A stretch of 64,000 nt of DNA from Bryobacterales bacterium. Its GTDB lineage: Bacteria > Acidobacteriota > Terriglobia > Bryobacterales > Bryobacteraceae. Positions 53,801 through 64,000 of the stretch are shown piece by piece (within the stretch, counting starts at the first letter, position 1; every line of letters starts with the position of its first letter). Position numbers and translations under genes: made by a program. The notes beneath the pieces are model-generated. The model did not search any database. It saw nothing but the letters and a program-made list of their open reading frames with translations, and was not told where the DNA came from. The stretch covers positions 406,280 through 470,279 of the forward strand of contig CAVRBB010000009.1 in assembly GCA_963719195.1 (NCBI GenBank), in the 5' to 3' direction.

Positions 53801-54087
53801 TCTTCGGCGAGGGCCGACAGATACCCCTTGGTTTCAGCCGCCAGGATAGTGGCCCACAAATGCTTGCAAGGGCCCTCGGAAACAAAATACGGGCAGTCAC
53901 ACCAGGCGGATAGCGTCCCGTCCTGCCAATCCAGTCCGACGTCGTACGGGCGCGATCCGGTAACCCGCGCCACCACCGAGCGGTCACACCCGCTCTTGAT
54001 ATGAACCAGTCGTTGCCAGACATAGTTCTGGCCCCGCCGGCGGACGGTGCCGGTAAAATCGCCGGACAGCCTGGTGGAAAGACTCAT
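50827..54087 (-). CDS. SNF2-family helicase with an N-terminal SWIM zinc finger
   Basis: SWIM: [17 protein letters not shown]. SNF2_N: [31 protein letters not shown]. Helicase C: [40 protein letters not shown]. Confidence 0.9.
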   Translation of the reverse strand: [1086 protein letters not shown]

Positions 54088-54321
54088 GCGCGGCCGAAAG
54101 GGGAGGTTGTTTCCATTGTATCGAAAACCGGGTTCGTGGGATCGCCTACGTTTTCCGGATTGCGCCGTTTTTGACCATTTCCTCCAGACCTGCACCCATG
54201 ATATAGTTGAGGCGCGTTTGATTGCGTTTGCGAGTCCGGCCGAGTGTTTCTAAGCGACGGCATCGTCGTTCCGCTTGTGTTTCCTCTCCGATGAGCTGCT
54301 TTCAAATTGTGTGGAGGATGT

Positions 54322-54687
54322 GTGAAGAACATTTTCGTGGGCAACCTCGATTTCAATGCGACCGAGGAATCTGTCCGAAGCCTCTTCGAACGTTACGGCG
54401 CCGTTAACAGTGCCAGGATCATGACAGATCGCGAAACCGGCCGTTCGCGGGGCTTCGCATTTGTGGAGATGGAGAATGAGGCGGAAGCGGACCAGGCGAT
54501 TTCCGCGCTCAACGGATACAAGCTCGACGGGCGTGCGCTGAACGTGAATGAAGCGCGTCCCAAGCCCGACCGCGGCTTTGGACCGGGGGGCGGCGGCGGA
54601 AACCGCTTCGCGGGCGGCGGCGGTGGCCGTCCCGGCGGCGGCGGAGGACGGCGTCCGGCCGGCGGCCGGCGCGAGCCCCGCTGGTAA
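54322..54687 (+). CDS. RRM-type RNA-binding protein with a Gly/Arg-rich tail
   Basis: RNP2 NIFVGNL, RNP1 RGFAFVEM and a GGGGN/RGG tail. GTG start is preceded by GGAGGA. Confidence 0.9.
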   Translation: MKNIFVGNLDFNATEESVRSLFERYGAVNSARIMTDRETGRSRGFAFVEMENEAEADQAISALNGYKLDGRALNVNEARPKPDRGFGPGGGGGNRFAGGGGGRPGGGGGRRPAGGRREPRW

Positions 54688-56412
<1,725 letters not shown>

Positions 56413-56451
56413 TGTACACCACGGCGCGCCCGAAATCGGGTACGCGGAACC

Positions 56452-58191
56452 TCATCGAGCCCTCCGTATGGCGGGATCGAGCCGCTGCAATTCTTCACCC
56501 AGCCGGAGCGCTTCTTCCCACTGCCGGGCGCGCTCCGCTTCTTTGATCCGGGCCTTCAATTGTTCACGCCGGAGCTGGTTTTCCGAGCGGCGCAGGCTCT
56601 CCAGGCAGGCCATGGCGGCTTCGCGCGAAGCAGTGATGTCGTCGCGAATCACTGCGTGCGCAAACAGGTCCTGGTCGGCCTCCTCGAGCCGCGCGTTGAT
56701 CTCTTCGAAACTCAACCGGCCGCCCGCGGCTTCGATCGCGAACATCGCCTCGAAAACGCGCCGCGTCGAGAACCTGGCGATGGTCTCCATCGACTTCAAC
56801 TCGCTGATCAGCTCGCCTTGCAGGTCCGGCTCATCGAGCAGCGCGTGCAGGAGCACGAGCTCTTCCGCCCGGAACTCCGGCTTGGGCCGCTCGATCGTCT
56901 TCTCCGTGCGCTCGGACACGCTCCTGCGGAAACTGTCGAGGACCACGCCCCGATCCACTCCGATGTACCCGGCGAGGTCGTTCGCGATGGCCATGCGCTC
57001 CAGGCGGTCGTTGATCCGCTGAACGGCGGGCAAGAGCGATTGCAGCACCGTGACGACGCCCTCGCTGGTGCGGACATCGTGCTTCTGGCGCGCCCGGTCC
57101 GCCAGCCAGTAGAAATACCCCTTCGCCCCTTCCAGCCGCGACTGGTAGGCCGCCGGGCCGCGATCCTTGCAGTACTCATCGGGATCGAGGCCGCCGTCGA
57201 GCTCCATGATGCGGACCTTCATGCTCTCCTCCAGGAGCAGGTTAATGGAACGCTCGGCCGCATTGGCGCCGGCCGCATCCGGGTCGAAATTCACGACAAT
57301 CCTCTCCGAATGGCGTTTCAGCATCCGTACTTGCGGCGCGGTCAGCGACGTGCCGCAACTGGCCACCACCGCGGGGAAGCCCGCCGCGGTGACGCCGATG
57401 GCATCCATGTAGCCTTCCACCAGAATCGCCCGGTCCTCTCTTCGGATCGCCTCCTTGGCGCGATGCAGATTGAAGAGCACGTTGCTCTTCTTATATATCG
57501 GCGTTTCCGGGGAATTTAAGTACTTCGGATTGTCCTCGGCGGCCAGGGCGCGCCCGCCAAACCCGACAATTTTGCCCGATTCGTTGTGGATCGGGAACAT
57601 TAGCCGGTTCCGGAAGTAATCGTAGAAGCTGCCATCATCGCGCTTCCGGACCAAACCCGACTCCTCCATCTGGGAGTCCGTGAAGCCCCCCTGCTCGAGG
57701 AGGCGGACCAGCGTGCGACCCGACCGCTCGGAATATCCCATGCCGAACTTCTCGACGGTTTCCGGAGCCACCCCGCGGCGCGCCAGGTAGGCGCGGGCCA
57801 CCTCTCCCGCGGGCGACTGGAGATTCGCGCGGAAGTTCTCGGCGGCGGCCTGGTGCATCAGGAAAATCGCTTCCCGCAGCTTCGCGTCCTCGTCGGCCAC
57901 CAGCGAACGCCTAGGCATGGGTATGCCGTTGCGTTCGGCCAGCAGTTTCAGGGCTTCATAGAAGCTGATGCCCTCGATCCGCATCACGAAGCTGAACACG
58001 TCGCCGCCTACGCCGCAGGAAAAGCACTTATAGATCTGGCGCACGACCTCGACGTTGAAGGAAGGCGTCTTCTCGGTGTGGAAAGGACACAGGCCCTTGT
58101 AGCTTCGCGGCCCGCTCTTCTTCAGCCGGACATACTCGCCCACGACCTTTTCGATGGGGAGTGAAGATTTTAGCTGCTCCTTGAAGTCCAT
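56452..58191 (-). CDS. dnaG: DNA primase
   Basis: Zinc finger CPFHTEKTPSF..CFSCGVGGD and TOPRIM EGYMD. Start taken at MDFKEQLK; the ORF is open to 58323. Confidence 0.9.
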   Translation of the reverse strand: MDFKEQLKSSLPIEKVVGEYVRLKKSGPRSYKGLCPFHTEKTPSFNVEVVRQIYKCFSCGVGGDVFSFVMRIEGISFYEALKLLAERNGIPMPRRSLVADEDAKLREAIFLMHQAAAENFRANLQSPAGEVARAYLARRGVAPETVEKFGMGYSERSGRTLVRLLEQGGFTDSQMEESGLVRKRDDGSFYDYFRNRLMFPIHNESGKIVGFGGRALAAEDNPKYLNSPETPIYKKSNVLFNLHRAKEAIRREDRAILVEGYMDAIGVTAAGFPAVVASCGTSLTAPQVRMLKRHSERIVVNFDPDAAGANAAERSINLLLEESMKVRIMELDGGLDPDEYCKDRGPAAYQSRLEGAKGYFYWLADRARQKHDVRTSEGVVTVLQSLLPAVQRINDRLERMAIANDLAGYIGVDRGVVLDSFRRSVSERTEKTIERPKPEFRAEELVLLHALLDEPDLQGELISELKSMETIARFSTRRVFEAMFAIEAAGGRLSFEEINARLEEADQDLFAHAVIRDDITASREAAMACLESLRRSENQLRREQLKARIKEAERARQWEEALRLGEELQRLDPAIRRAR

Positions 58192-58316
58192 GGCGCCTTC
58201 ACAGGCCATTATCCCGCACCCGCTCAGGAGGCCCGCCTTGTTGAGCCCGGTAAGTAACACCGGCCTAACCGAGGATAGCTTGACCGTCGAAGGACCCTCA
58301 AAGGTAAACTCCGGTA

Positions 58317-58541
58317 GTGTCATTCGAACTGCTCGAAAGTCTGAGTCCGCACGCCCGGGTCGCCACCGCCGTGGCGCCTTTCGTGGCAGCGATGGTCCTG
58401 CGGCTCATGCTGGGCAGAAGCCGCTTCATCGGCCTGCTGATTTCGGCCACCACGGTGTGGTTTGCGGTGAATGTACTGCTGGCGCCGTACTCGGCCAGAA
58501 TGCGGCAGGATCTTCAGGACCTGCAATACATCTTCCGCTGA
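58317..58541 (+). CDS. Small membrane protein (74 aa), hypothetical
   Basis: GTG start, two hydrophobic segments. Divergent from dnaG and upstream of purH. Confidence 0.4.
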   Translation: MSFELLESLSPHARVATAVAPFVAAMVLRLMLGRSRFIGLLISATTVWFAVNVLLAPYSARMRQDLQDLQYIFR

Positions 58542-58625
58542 ATCCCGGCCGGCCGCCGGGAAACCGGTACGGCGCGGGGTCCACGCAGGCGAACCCGGGG
58601 GCCCTCCGTGTTATGGTGCGTGTAG

Positions 58626-60155
58626 ATGCGAAAGATCGAGCGGGTTCTCATCAGCGTTACGGACAAGACCGGCATCCTTGACTTTGCTAGCGGACTGACG
58701 CGGCTCGGCGCCCGCATACTGTCCACGGGCGGAACCGCGCGCATGATCCGCGAGAAAGGAGTGCCCGTCACCGACGTTGCCGAAGCCACCGGTTTCCCCG
58801 AAATGCTCGACGGCCGCGTGAAGACGCTGCATCCGGCCATCGCCGGAGGGATTCTGGCGATTCGTGAGAACCCTGCCCACATGCGGGCCCTGCGGGATCA
58901 CGGGATCGCTGCCATAGACATGGTGGTGGTGAACCTCTATCGTTTTGAGGAGGTGGCCGCGCAGCAGGACGCGAGCCTGGAAGAGCTCATCGAACATATC
59001 GACATCGGCGGTCCCACCCTGATCCGCGCCGCGGCCAAAAACCATCAGGATGTCGCGGTGGTCGTCTCTCCGGAAGATTACCCGGCCATTCTCGAGGAAC
59101 TGCGGCGGACGGGCGGCGCGCTCTCCGCCGCCACGCGATGGCAACTCGCCCGAAAGGCGTTTCACATCACCGCCGGATATGACGCCGCGATTGCCGCCCG
59201 CCTCGACCGGGAGGATGGGGCTGGCGCCCTGCCCCGGGATCTTAGCCTTTGGGCCCCAAAACGGATGGATCTGCGCTATGGTGAAAACCCGCACCAGGCC
59301 GCGGCGCTCTACGGCAAGTGCGGCCACGGGATTGCCGGAGCCGCGCAGTTGCAGGGCAAGGAACTCTCCTACAACAACCTGGTGGATCTGGACGCTGCGT
59401 GGCAGCTTGCCTGCGAGTTGTCCTCGCCTGCCGTCGCCATCATCAAGCACACCAACCCCTGTGGCTGCGCCGAACAGGAAAGCCTCGCCGAAGCCTACCG
59501 CCAGGCGTTCGTGTGCGACCCCGTCTCCGCCTACGGAAGCGTGCTCGGGCTCAACCGCCCCGCCGATGAAGAGACAGCCCGCGAGATCGCCAAGACCTTC
59601 ATCGAGGCTGTCGCCGCGCCGGACTATTCGCCTGAAGCGCTGGCTGTGCTGTCCGCCAAAAAGAACCTGCGCCTGCTACGCGTTGCCCCGGCGGCCGATC
59701 CGCTGGTGGTGAAATCCATCTCGGGCGGCTTTCTGGCCCAGACCCCGGACGATGCGCCGTTCGTCCGCGGCACAGCCGTGGTGAAAACCCTGCGCGCCCC
59801 CACGGAAGACGAGTGGAAAGCGCTCGAATTCGGATGGAAGGTGGCGAAGCACGTGAAGTCGAACGCCATCGTGTTTGCGCGTGCGGGCCAGACGGTAGGA
59901 GTCGGCGCGGGACAGATGAGCCGCGTAGACTCGGTGAAGCTCGGCGCCATGAAAGCCGTGCTTCCGCTGGCCGGAACCGTTGTGGCGTCCGATGCGTTCT
60001 TCCCCTTTCCCGACGGTGTGGAAGAAGCCGTGAAGCATGGCGCCACGGCGTTCATCCAGCCGGGCGGGTCGGTGCGGGACGCGGAGGTGGTGGCGGCCGC
60101 CGATCGCTTAGGTGTGTCGATGGTGTTTACCGGCGTACGCCACTTCCGGCACTAG
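58626..60155 (+). CDS. purH: Bifunctional AICAR transformylase / IMP cyclohydrolase
   Basis: RVLISVTDKTGI, STGGTA, KTLHP, IKHTNPCG and the C-terminus ...MVFTGVRHFRH. Confidence 0.95.
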   Translation: MRKIERVLISVTDKTGILDFASGLTRLGARILSTGGTARMIREKGVPVTDVAEATGFPEMLDGRVKTLHPAIAGGILAIRENPAHMRALRDHGIAAIDMVVVNLYRFEEVAAQQDASLEELIEHIDIGGPTLIRAAAKNHQDVAVVVSPEDYPAILEELRRTGGALSAATRWQLARKAFHITAGYDAAIAARLDREDGAGALPRDLSLWAPKRMDLRYGENPHQAAALYGKCGHGIAGAAQLQGKELSYNNLVDLDAAWQLACELSSPAVAIIKHTNPCGCAEQESLAEAYRQAFVCDPVSAYGSVLGLNRPADEETAREIAKTFIEAVAAPDYSPEALAVLSAKKNLRLLRVAPAADPLVVKSISGGFLAQTPDDAPFVRGTAVVKTLRAPTEDEWKALEFGWKVAKHVKSNAIVFARAGQTVGVGAGQMSRVDSVKLGAMKAVLPLAGTVVASDAFFPFPDGVEEAVKHGATAFIQPGGSVRDAEVVAAADRLGVSMVFTGVRHFRH

Positions 60156-60769
60156 CAGGGCAGGCCGAGGCGCCGCACCAGGGCCGCGAACCTCGAATCC
60201 GCACGCAGCCAGTCCATGGCGGGGTCGACCCCGAGGAGAGGCGCCGTGCCATCACGGGCGTCGAGAGCCTTGCCGAACCACTCCACCGCCCTATCGGCGC
60301 CGTCGAGCGCCCCGTAGAGTGGCGCCAGCGTGAATGGACCCACGTACCGTTGTCTGGACATGTCTTCCAGTTGGCGGAGGATGACTTCGGCCCGGTCCCG
60401 CCAGCCCAACCTGGCGTAAGCCACGCCCAGTGCGGACATCGCCATCGGGAACCCGCACGAAGCTTTCTCCAGCGGCGCCACGGCATCTTCGTACCGGTGC
60501 ATCGCCATGTAGCAGCGGCCGAGGTGGATGTTTGCCAACCCGTATCCGGGATCCATTTCCGGAGTCTTCCGGCAGCGCTCCAGAGCCGCTTCATACCGGC
60601 GCGCTTCCAGCAACATGCATCCTGCGTTGCATTGAATCAGCGGCGAGAGCGGATCGAGGTACCAGGCGCGCTCGATCTGCGCGATCGACTCATCGAAACG
60701 CCCCATTGCGGGAGCCGCCGCCCGCGCGCACAGAATCGCGGCAGCCGCAAGTACTCCAAAGTGTTTCAT
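60152..60769 (-). CDS. Secreted TPR-repeat protein
   Basis: Signal peptide followed by about 4 TPR units. Its 3' end overlaps the purH stop by 4 nt. Confidence 0.7.
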   Translation of the reverse strand: MKHFGVLAAAAILCARAAAPAMGRFDESIAQIERAWYLDPLSPLIQCNAGCMLLEARRYEAALERCRKTPEMDPGYGLANIHLGRCYMAMHRYEDAVAPLEKASCGFPMAMSALGVAYARLGWRDRAEVILRQLEDMSRQRYVGPFTLAPLYGALDGADRAVEWFGKALDARDGTAPLLGVDPAMDWLRADSRFAALVRRLGLPC

Positions 60770-61403
60770 CAGTAGCCTCCTTCCAATCGAGGTTCACCCC
60801 GTCGTGGGCTACAGAATGGCGAAATTTTCGCTACAAGTGCCGCGCACCGCCGTGCGCTGCTTCCCCGCTTGACCGCCAGTCCCAGGACTGCGAGCGCCGC
60901 TCCCGCCGCTCCCGCGATCAACCCCATCGCCGGGAACATCTTCTTGCGCGAGATGAAGTACAGTGAGCTCAGCGCCAGGGCGATCTCCAGCAGCCCTTCG
61001 CCGAAGTCGTAGCGCAGCGTCCGGTGTTCGTCGGCTTCGGCCAACTGTTCCCGTGTTGCGCCTCGGCCTGGATCTCTTTGCCCTGCTCGTCATACTTCTT
61101 CTGCTGCTGCCGGGTATCGGCGAGCATTCTGTCCGCGGCTTCTCCCTTCGCGCCCAGGATACCGGCCAGGTTCTCGACCAGTTCCAGGTTGTGGTACTTG
61201 ACGCGCGTCGATTGGTAATGCGCCCAGGCGTCGTTGGCCCGCGAGTTGTGCAGAATCGCACTCGTGCGCGTCCGGTGTGAAGCGATGGTGACTACCGCCA
61301 GGGCCACGGCAAGTACCGCCGCAAGTACTCCGACTCTCTGGCCCATAGGGTATGTGGCGTGTTCCGATTCGTGGTGAATTTCCAGTTCAGGCAACGGAGG
61401 CAA
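60769..61403 (-). pseudogene. DUF4337-family membrane protein, split by a frame change near 61045-61056
   Basis: The N-part has ..NDAWAHYQSTRVKYHNLE..QQQKKYDEQGKEIQAEAQH. The C-part, in another frame, has EQLAEADEHRTLRYDFGEGLLEIALALSSLYFI. Confidence 0.6.
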
Positions 61404-61422
61404 TTCTCCGTATCATAGGCTG

Positions 61423-61872
61423 GTGACGCCCGATGAACTGTATATGCGCGAGGCCCTCCGCCTGGCGCGCGCCGGCGACTCCCGGGGCGAGGTTCCCGTA
61501 GGCGCCGTGGTGGTGATGGATGGCGAAATCCGGGGCCGCGGATCGAACTCACCCATTGCGCGCAACGATCCGACCGCGCACGCCGAGGTGCTCGCCCTGC
61601 GCGCAGCCGCGGCGGCCTGCGGCAATTACCGATTGCCCGGCGCCACGCTCTACTGCACGCTCGAGCCCTGCGTGATGTGCGCCGGTGCCCTGGTGGCGGC
61701 ACGCGTGGAGCGCCTCGTTTTCGGCGCGCGCGACTTGCGGTTTGGCGGTGTGCGAAGCAAGTTCCAGGTGGCGGATTCCGACTTGCTCAATCACCGCGTA
61801 CAGGTCGTCGAAGGCGTCCTGGCCTTCGAGTGCGTGGAACTGCTGCGGGAGTTCTTCGACGCCCGCCGGTAG
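61423..61872 (+). CDS. tadA: tRNA adenosine(34) deaminase
   Basis: HAEVLALR and TLEPCVMCAGAL deaminase zinc motifs. Confidence 0.9.
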   Translation: MTPDELYMREALRLARAGDSRGEVPVGAVVVMDGEIRGRGSNSPIARNDPTAHAEVLALRAAAAACGNYRLPGATLYCTLEPCVMCAGALVAARVERLVFGARDLRFGGVRSKFQVADSDLLNHRVQVVEGVLAFECVELLREFFDARR

Positions 61873-61879
61873 GCCCCGG

Positions 61880-62569
61880 TCAGCTCACCTTGCGCGGCGA
61901 GTATTTGTTCAGGTCCGCCAGCAGTTTCGTGGCCGCGGCCGGCGGCTTCGCGCTACTCATCAGGATCTCGGAGCTGGTCCAACGCTGTCCGTACATGGCC
62001 TTGTTCTCGTCGAGATCGTTGCGCAGAGTGGCCCCGTCCAGGGACACCCCGGCGAAGACTCCGCGCGACCGCGACCACGACAGGATCTCGGCCGTCATCA
62101 GCGCATCCGTCTGCGCCGTGGCATTGCGTCCCACCGGCCCGGCGGCGGCCGTGGCTTCCGCCCCGATAGTGAACTTGCTGCTCGAAAGGCGCTTCATCCC
62201 GCGCTCGTTCATTATCAGGAGCACCACATCGCTGGAGGAAAACCCGATCTGCAGCCCGAAGCTGCCGCCCTCAATGCGGATCGCAGCGGGCGGCCCCCAC
62301 CCCACTCCGCTGGGCTTACGGCACATGGCGAATCCCCGGCCATACTTGCCGCCGAAGACGAACGCCCCTTTCTTCAAGCCGGGTATCAGCACGATACAGC
62401 TCGACTTGTCGAGCAGGTTCTGTGGAATGGATTTGTCGGGCGTGCCCATGATCTCCGAAAAGAGGCTGTCGGCGTCCGCGAGCCTTTCATCGGTCTTGGA
62501 ATTGTTGTCTGCCGCCAGAAGCGGCGGGCACCCTAATGCCAACGCAAGCGTCATCGTGATCAAGCGCAT
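61880..62569 (-). CDS. Lipid-binding SYLF (DUF500/Ysc84-like) domain protein, secreted
   Basis: Signal peptide. GGKYGRGFAMCR, SFGLQIGFSSSDVVLLI and GPVGRNATAQTD. Confidence 0.8.
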   Translation of the reverse strand: MRLITMTLALALGCPPLLAADNNSKTDERLADADSLFSEIMGTPDKSIPQNLLDKSSCIVLIPGLKKGAFVFGGKYGRGFAMCRKPSGVGWGPPAAIRIEGGSFGLQIGFSSSDVVLLIMNERGMKRLSSSKFTIGAEATAAAGPVGRNATAQTDALMTAEILSWSRSRGVFAGVSLDGATLRNDLDENKAMYGQRWTSSEILMSSAKPPAAATKLLADLNKYSPRKVS

Positions 62570-62906
62570 GGGTATATCCTATCGCGGACCGGCGCTCCCC
62601 GAGCCTGCCATTCCCGCAAGACCCCGCTCGGATCCCGCATCGTCAGACAATCATCCTCACGGAATCTGTATCGAAGCCCGCCGCCGGGGACGTTCTTGCC
62701 AGCGGATGCTTGGGCCAGTACTACGACTAATTGGAGATATGTGTAGTTCAGTACCTTATGGCCCTATCTTTTAGTTACAACCGATGCTGACAGCGCCTTT
62801 TGTGTTACGTTGTGCCAAGCAGAGTCACTACTACCCACGAGACCGTTTCTTTAGGACGTCTGCGCTGGAAAAGGATGCCGGGAGCGAACGCCCAAGGTGA
62901 GCGGCA

Positions 62907-64000
62907 ATGGAAGGAAACCACCGTTTGGATATCGTCCTCTCGGATGTCACGTGCGGCGGTTCTGAGAGCCTCGAACTCCGTCAGTTGCTGGAGTCCGTGC
63001 GCGGGCTCGCCGTAACTGCCGAAAGCCTTCGCCCGGGCGGCGGGCGTAGCTTCGCGGATCTTCCCACCTCGGACGTGTTAATCCTGGTCACACCACGTTT
63101 GGCCGAAGCGGACCAACAATGGCTCTTCAATCGGTTCAATCCTGCTAACTGCGGCCCGATCATCATTGCCGCGATTCACGGCGAGGCCGACATATTGACG
63201 AGATGGATGGAGTGGGGCGCCGCCGATTACTTTACCTTTCCCTGGAATGCGGCGGACGTTCTGCCCCGCGTTCGCAAGGCGGCGGGCGCCGGCGCGGCGC
63301 GGCCGGTGGAATACCCGCCAACCCGAAACAAGCTGGCACTCGCTCAATTGATCGGGCAGAGCCCGGTATTCCGCGCGGCGATCGACCGTATTCCCGCGAT
63401 CGCAGCCTGTGACGCCGGCGTACTGATCACGGGCGAAACCGGCACCGGCAAGGAACTCTGCGCGCGCGCGATTCACTATATGGGCCAACGGACCCGCCGG
63501 CCCTTTGTGCCCCTGAACTGCGGCGCGATCCCGGCCGACCTGGTTGAGAACGAGCTGTTCGGCCACGTTGCCGGGGCCTACACCGGTGCGCATAATCGGC
63601 AGCAGGGCCTGGTCGCGGGAGCGGAATGCGGAACGCTATTCCTCGACGAAGTCGACAGCCTGCCGCTGGCCGCCCAGGTCAAACTGCTGCGGTTTCTCCA
63701 GAGCAAGGAGTACCGGCCCTTGGGCAGTACCCGAACCCTGACCGCGAACGTCCGCCTGATTGCTGCCACGAATGCCAATCCGGCCGAGGCCGTCAGGAGC
63801 GGCCGCCTCCGGCAGGATCTGTATTACCGGCTGAGCGTCATTCCCCTGCAGCTCCCACCCCTGCGCGAACGCAAGGAAGACATTCCCCAACTCTCCGCTC
63901 ACTTCCTGCACCGCTACGCGCGCGAATTCCGCAAGCCGGTGCCTGTGATGCCGGAAGAAGTCATGCAGCGGCTGATGCGCCACGACTGGCCCGGCAATGT
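62907..64000 (+). CDS. Sigma-54-dependent transcriptional activator with a degenerate N-terminal receiver-like domain (3' end cut by the window edge)
   Basis: Not in the supplied ORF track because it runs off the window; translated by hand. AAA+ core GETGTGKE, ELFGHVAGAYTGA (GAFTGA variant), TLFLDEVDSL and RQDLYYRLSVIPL. An in-frame TGA lies 9 nt upstream of the ATG at 62907. Confidence 0.9.
   Translation, partial: MEGNHRLDIVLSDVTCGGSESLELRQLLESVRGLAVTAESLRPGGGRSFADLPTSDVLILVTPRLAEADQQWLFNRFNPANCGPIIIAAIHGEADILTRWMEWGAADYFTFPWNAADVLPRVRKAAGAGAARPVEYPPTRNKLALAQLIGQSPVFRAAIDRIPAIAACDAGVLITGETGTGKELCARAIHYMGQRTRRPFVPLNCGAIPADLVENELFGHVAGAYTGAHNRQQGLVAGAECGTLFLDEVDSLPLAAQVKLLRFLQSKEYRPLGSTRTLTANVRLIAATNANPAEAVRSGRLRQDLYYRLSVIPLQLPPLRERKEDIPQLSAHFLHRYAREFRKPVPVMPEEVMQRLMRHDWPGN

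Overview
A GC-rich bacterial chromosomal segment. The gene content (CarboxypepD_reg-type TonB-dependent receptor, many TPR proteins, PmoA/DUF6807, DUF362) suggests Acidobacteriota, but that is inference only. Most of the window is housekeeping: msrB, archease-rtcB, gatB, bcp, murI, purS, tmk, holB, aroA, rpoD, dnaG, purH, tadA.

Accessory content:
- A compact five-gene minus-strand operon (20298-31099) built around an enediyne-PKSE-like iterative type I PKS (KS-AT-ACP-ACP-KR-DH-PPTase plus two fused hot-dog domains). It also encodes a secreted CxxCH protein, a small membrane protein and a free-standing AT-like protein. This is the best candidate for an undescribed system.
- An IS element (13465-15358) with its target-site duplication on the RBS of the next gene.
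- A tRNA-Leu(UAG)/integrase islet carrying a PIG-L deacetylase and a DXD glycosyltransferase.
- A mazEF pair.
- An AhpD-like gene with one in-frame TGA exactly at the second Cys of its CxxC motif, followed by a hairpin (selenocysteine candidate).
- An FRG-domain gene, a SWIM-SNF2 helicase, a MITE-like 21-bp inverted-repeat element, and several gene remnants (CusA, GH42, phage-like).

At least seven otherwise intact genes, including aroA, are broken by single frame changes. That pattern points to indel sequencing errors as much as to real decay.

No rRNA or CRISPR array was seen. All calls come from reading the sequence and ORF translations by eye; no searches were run.
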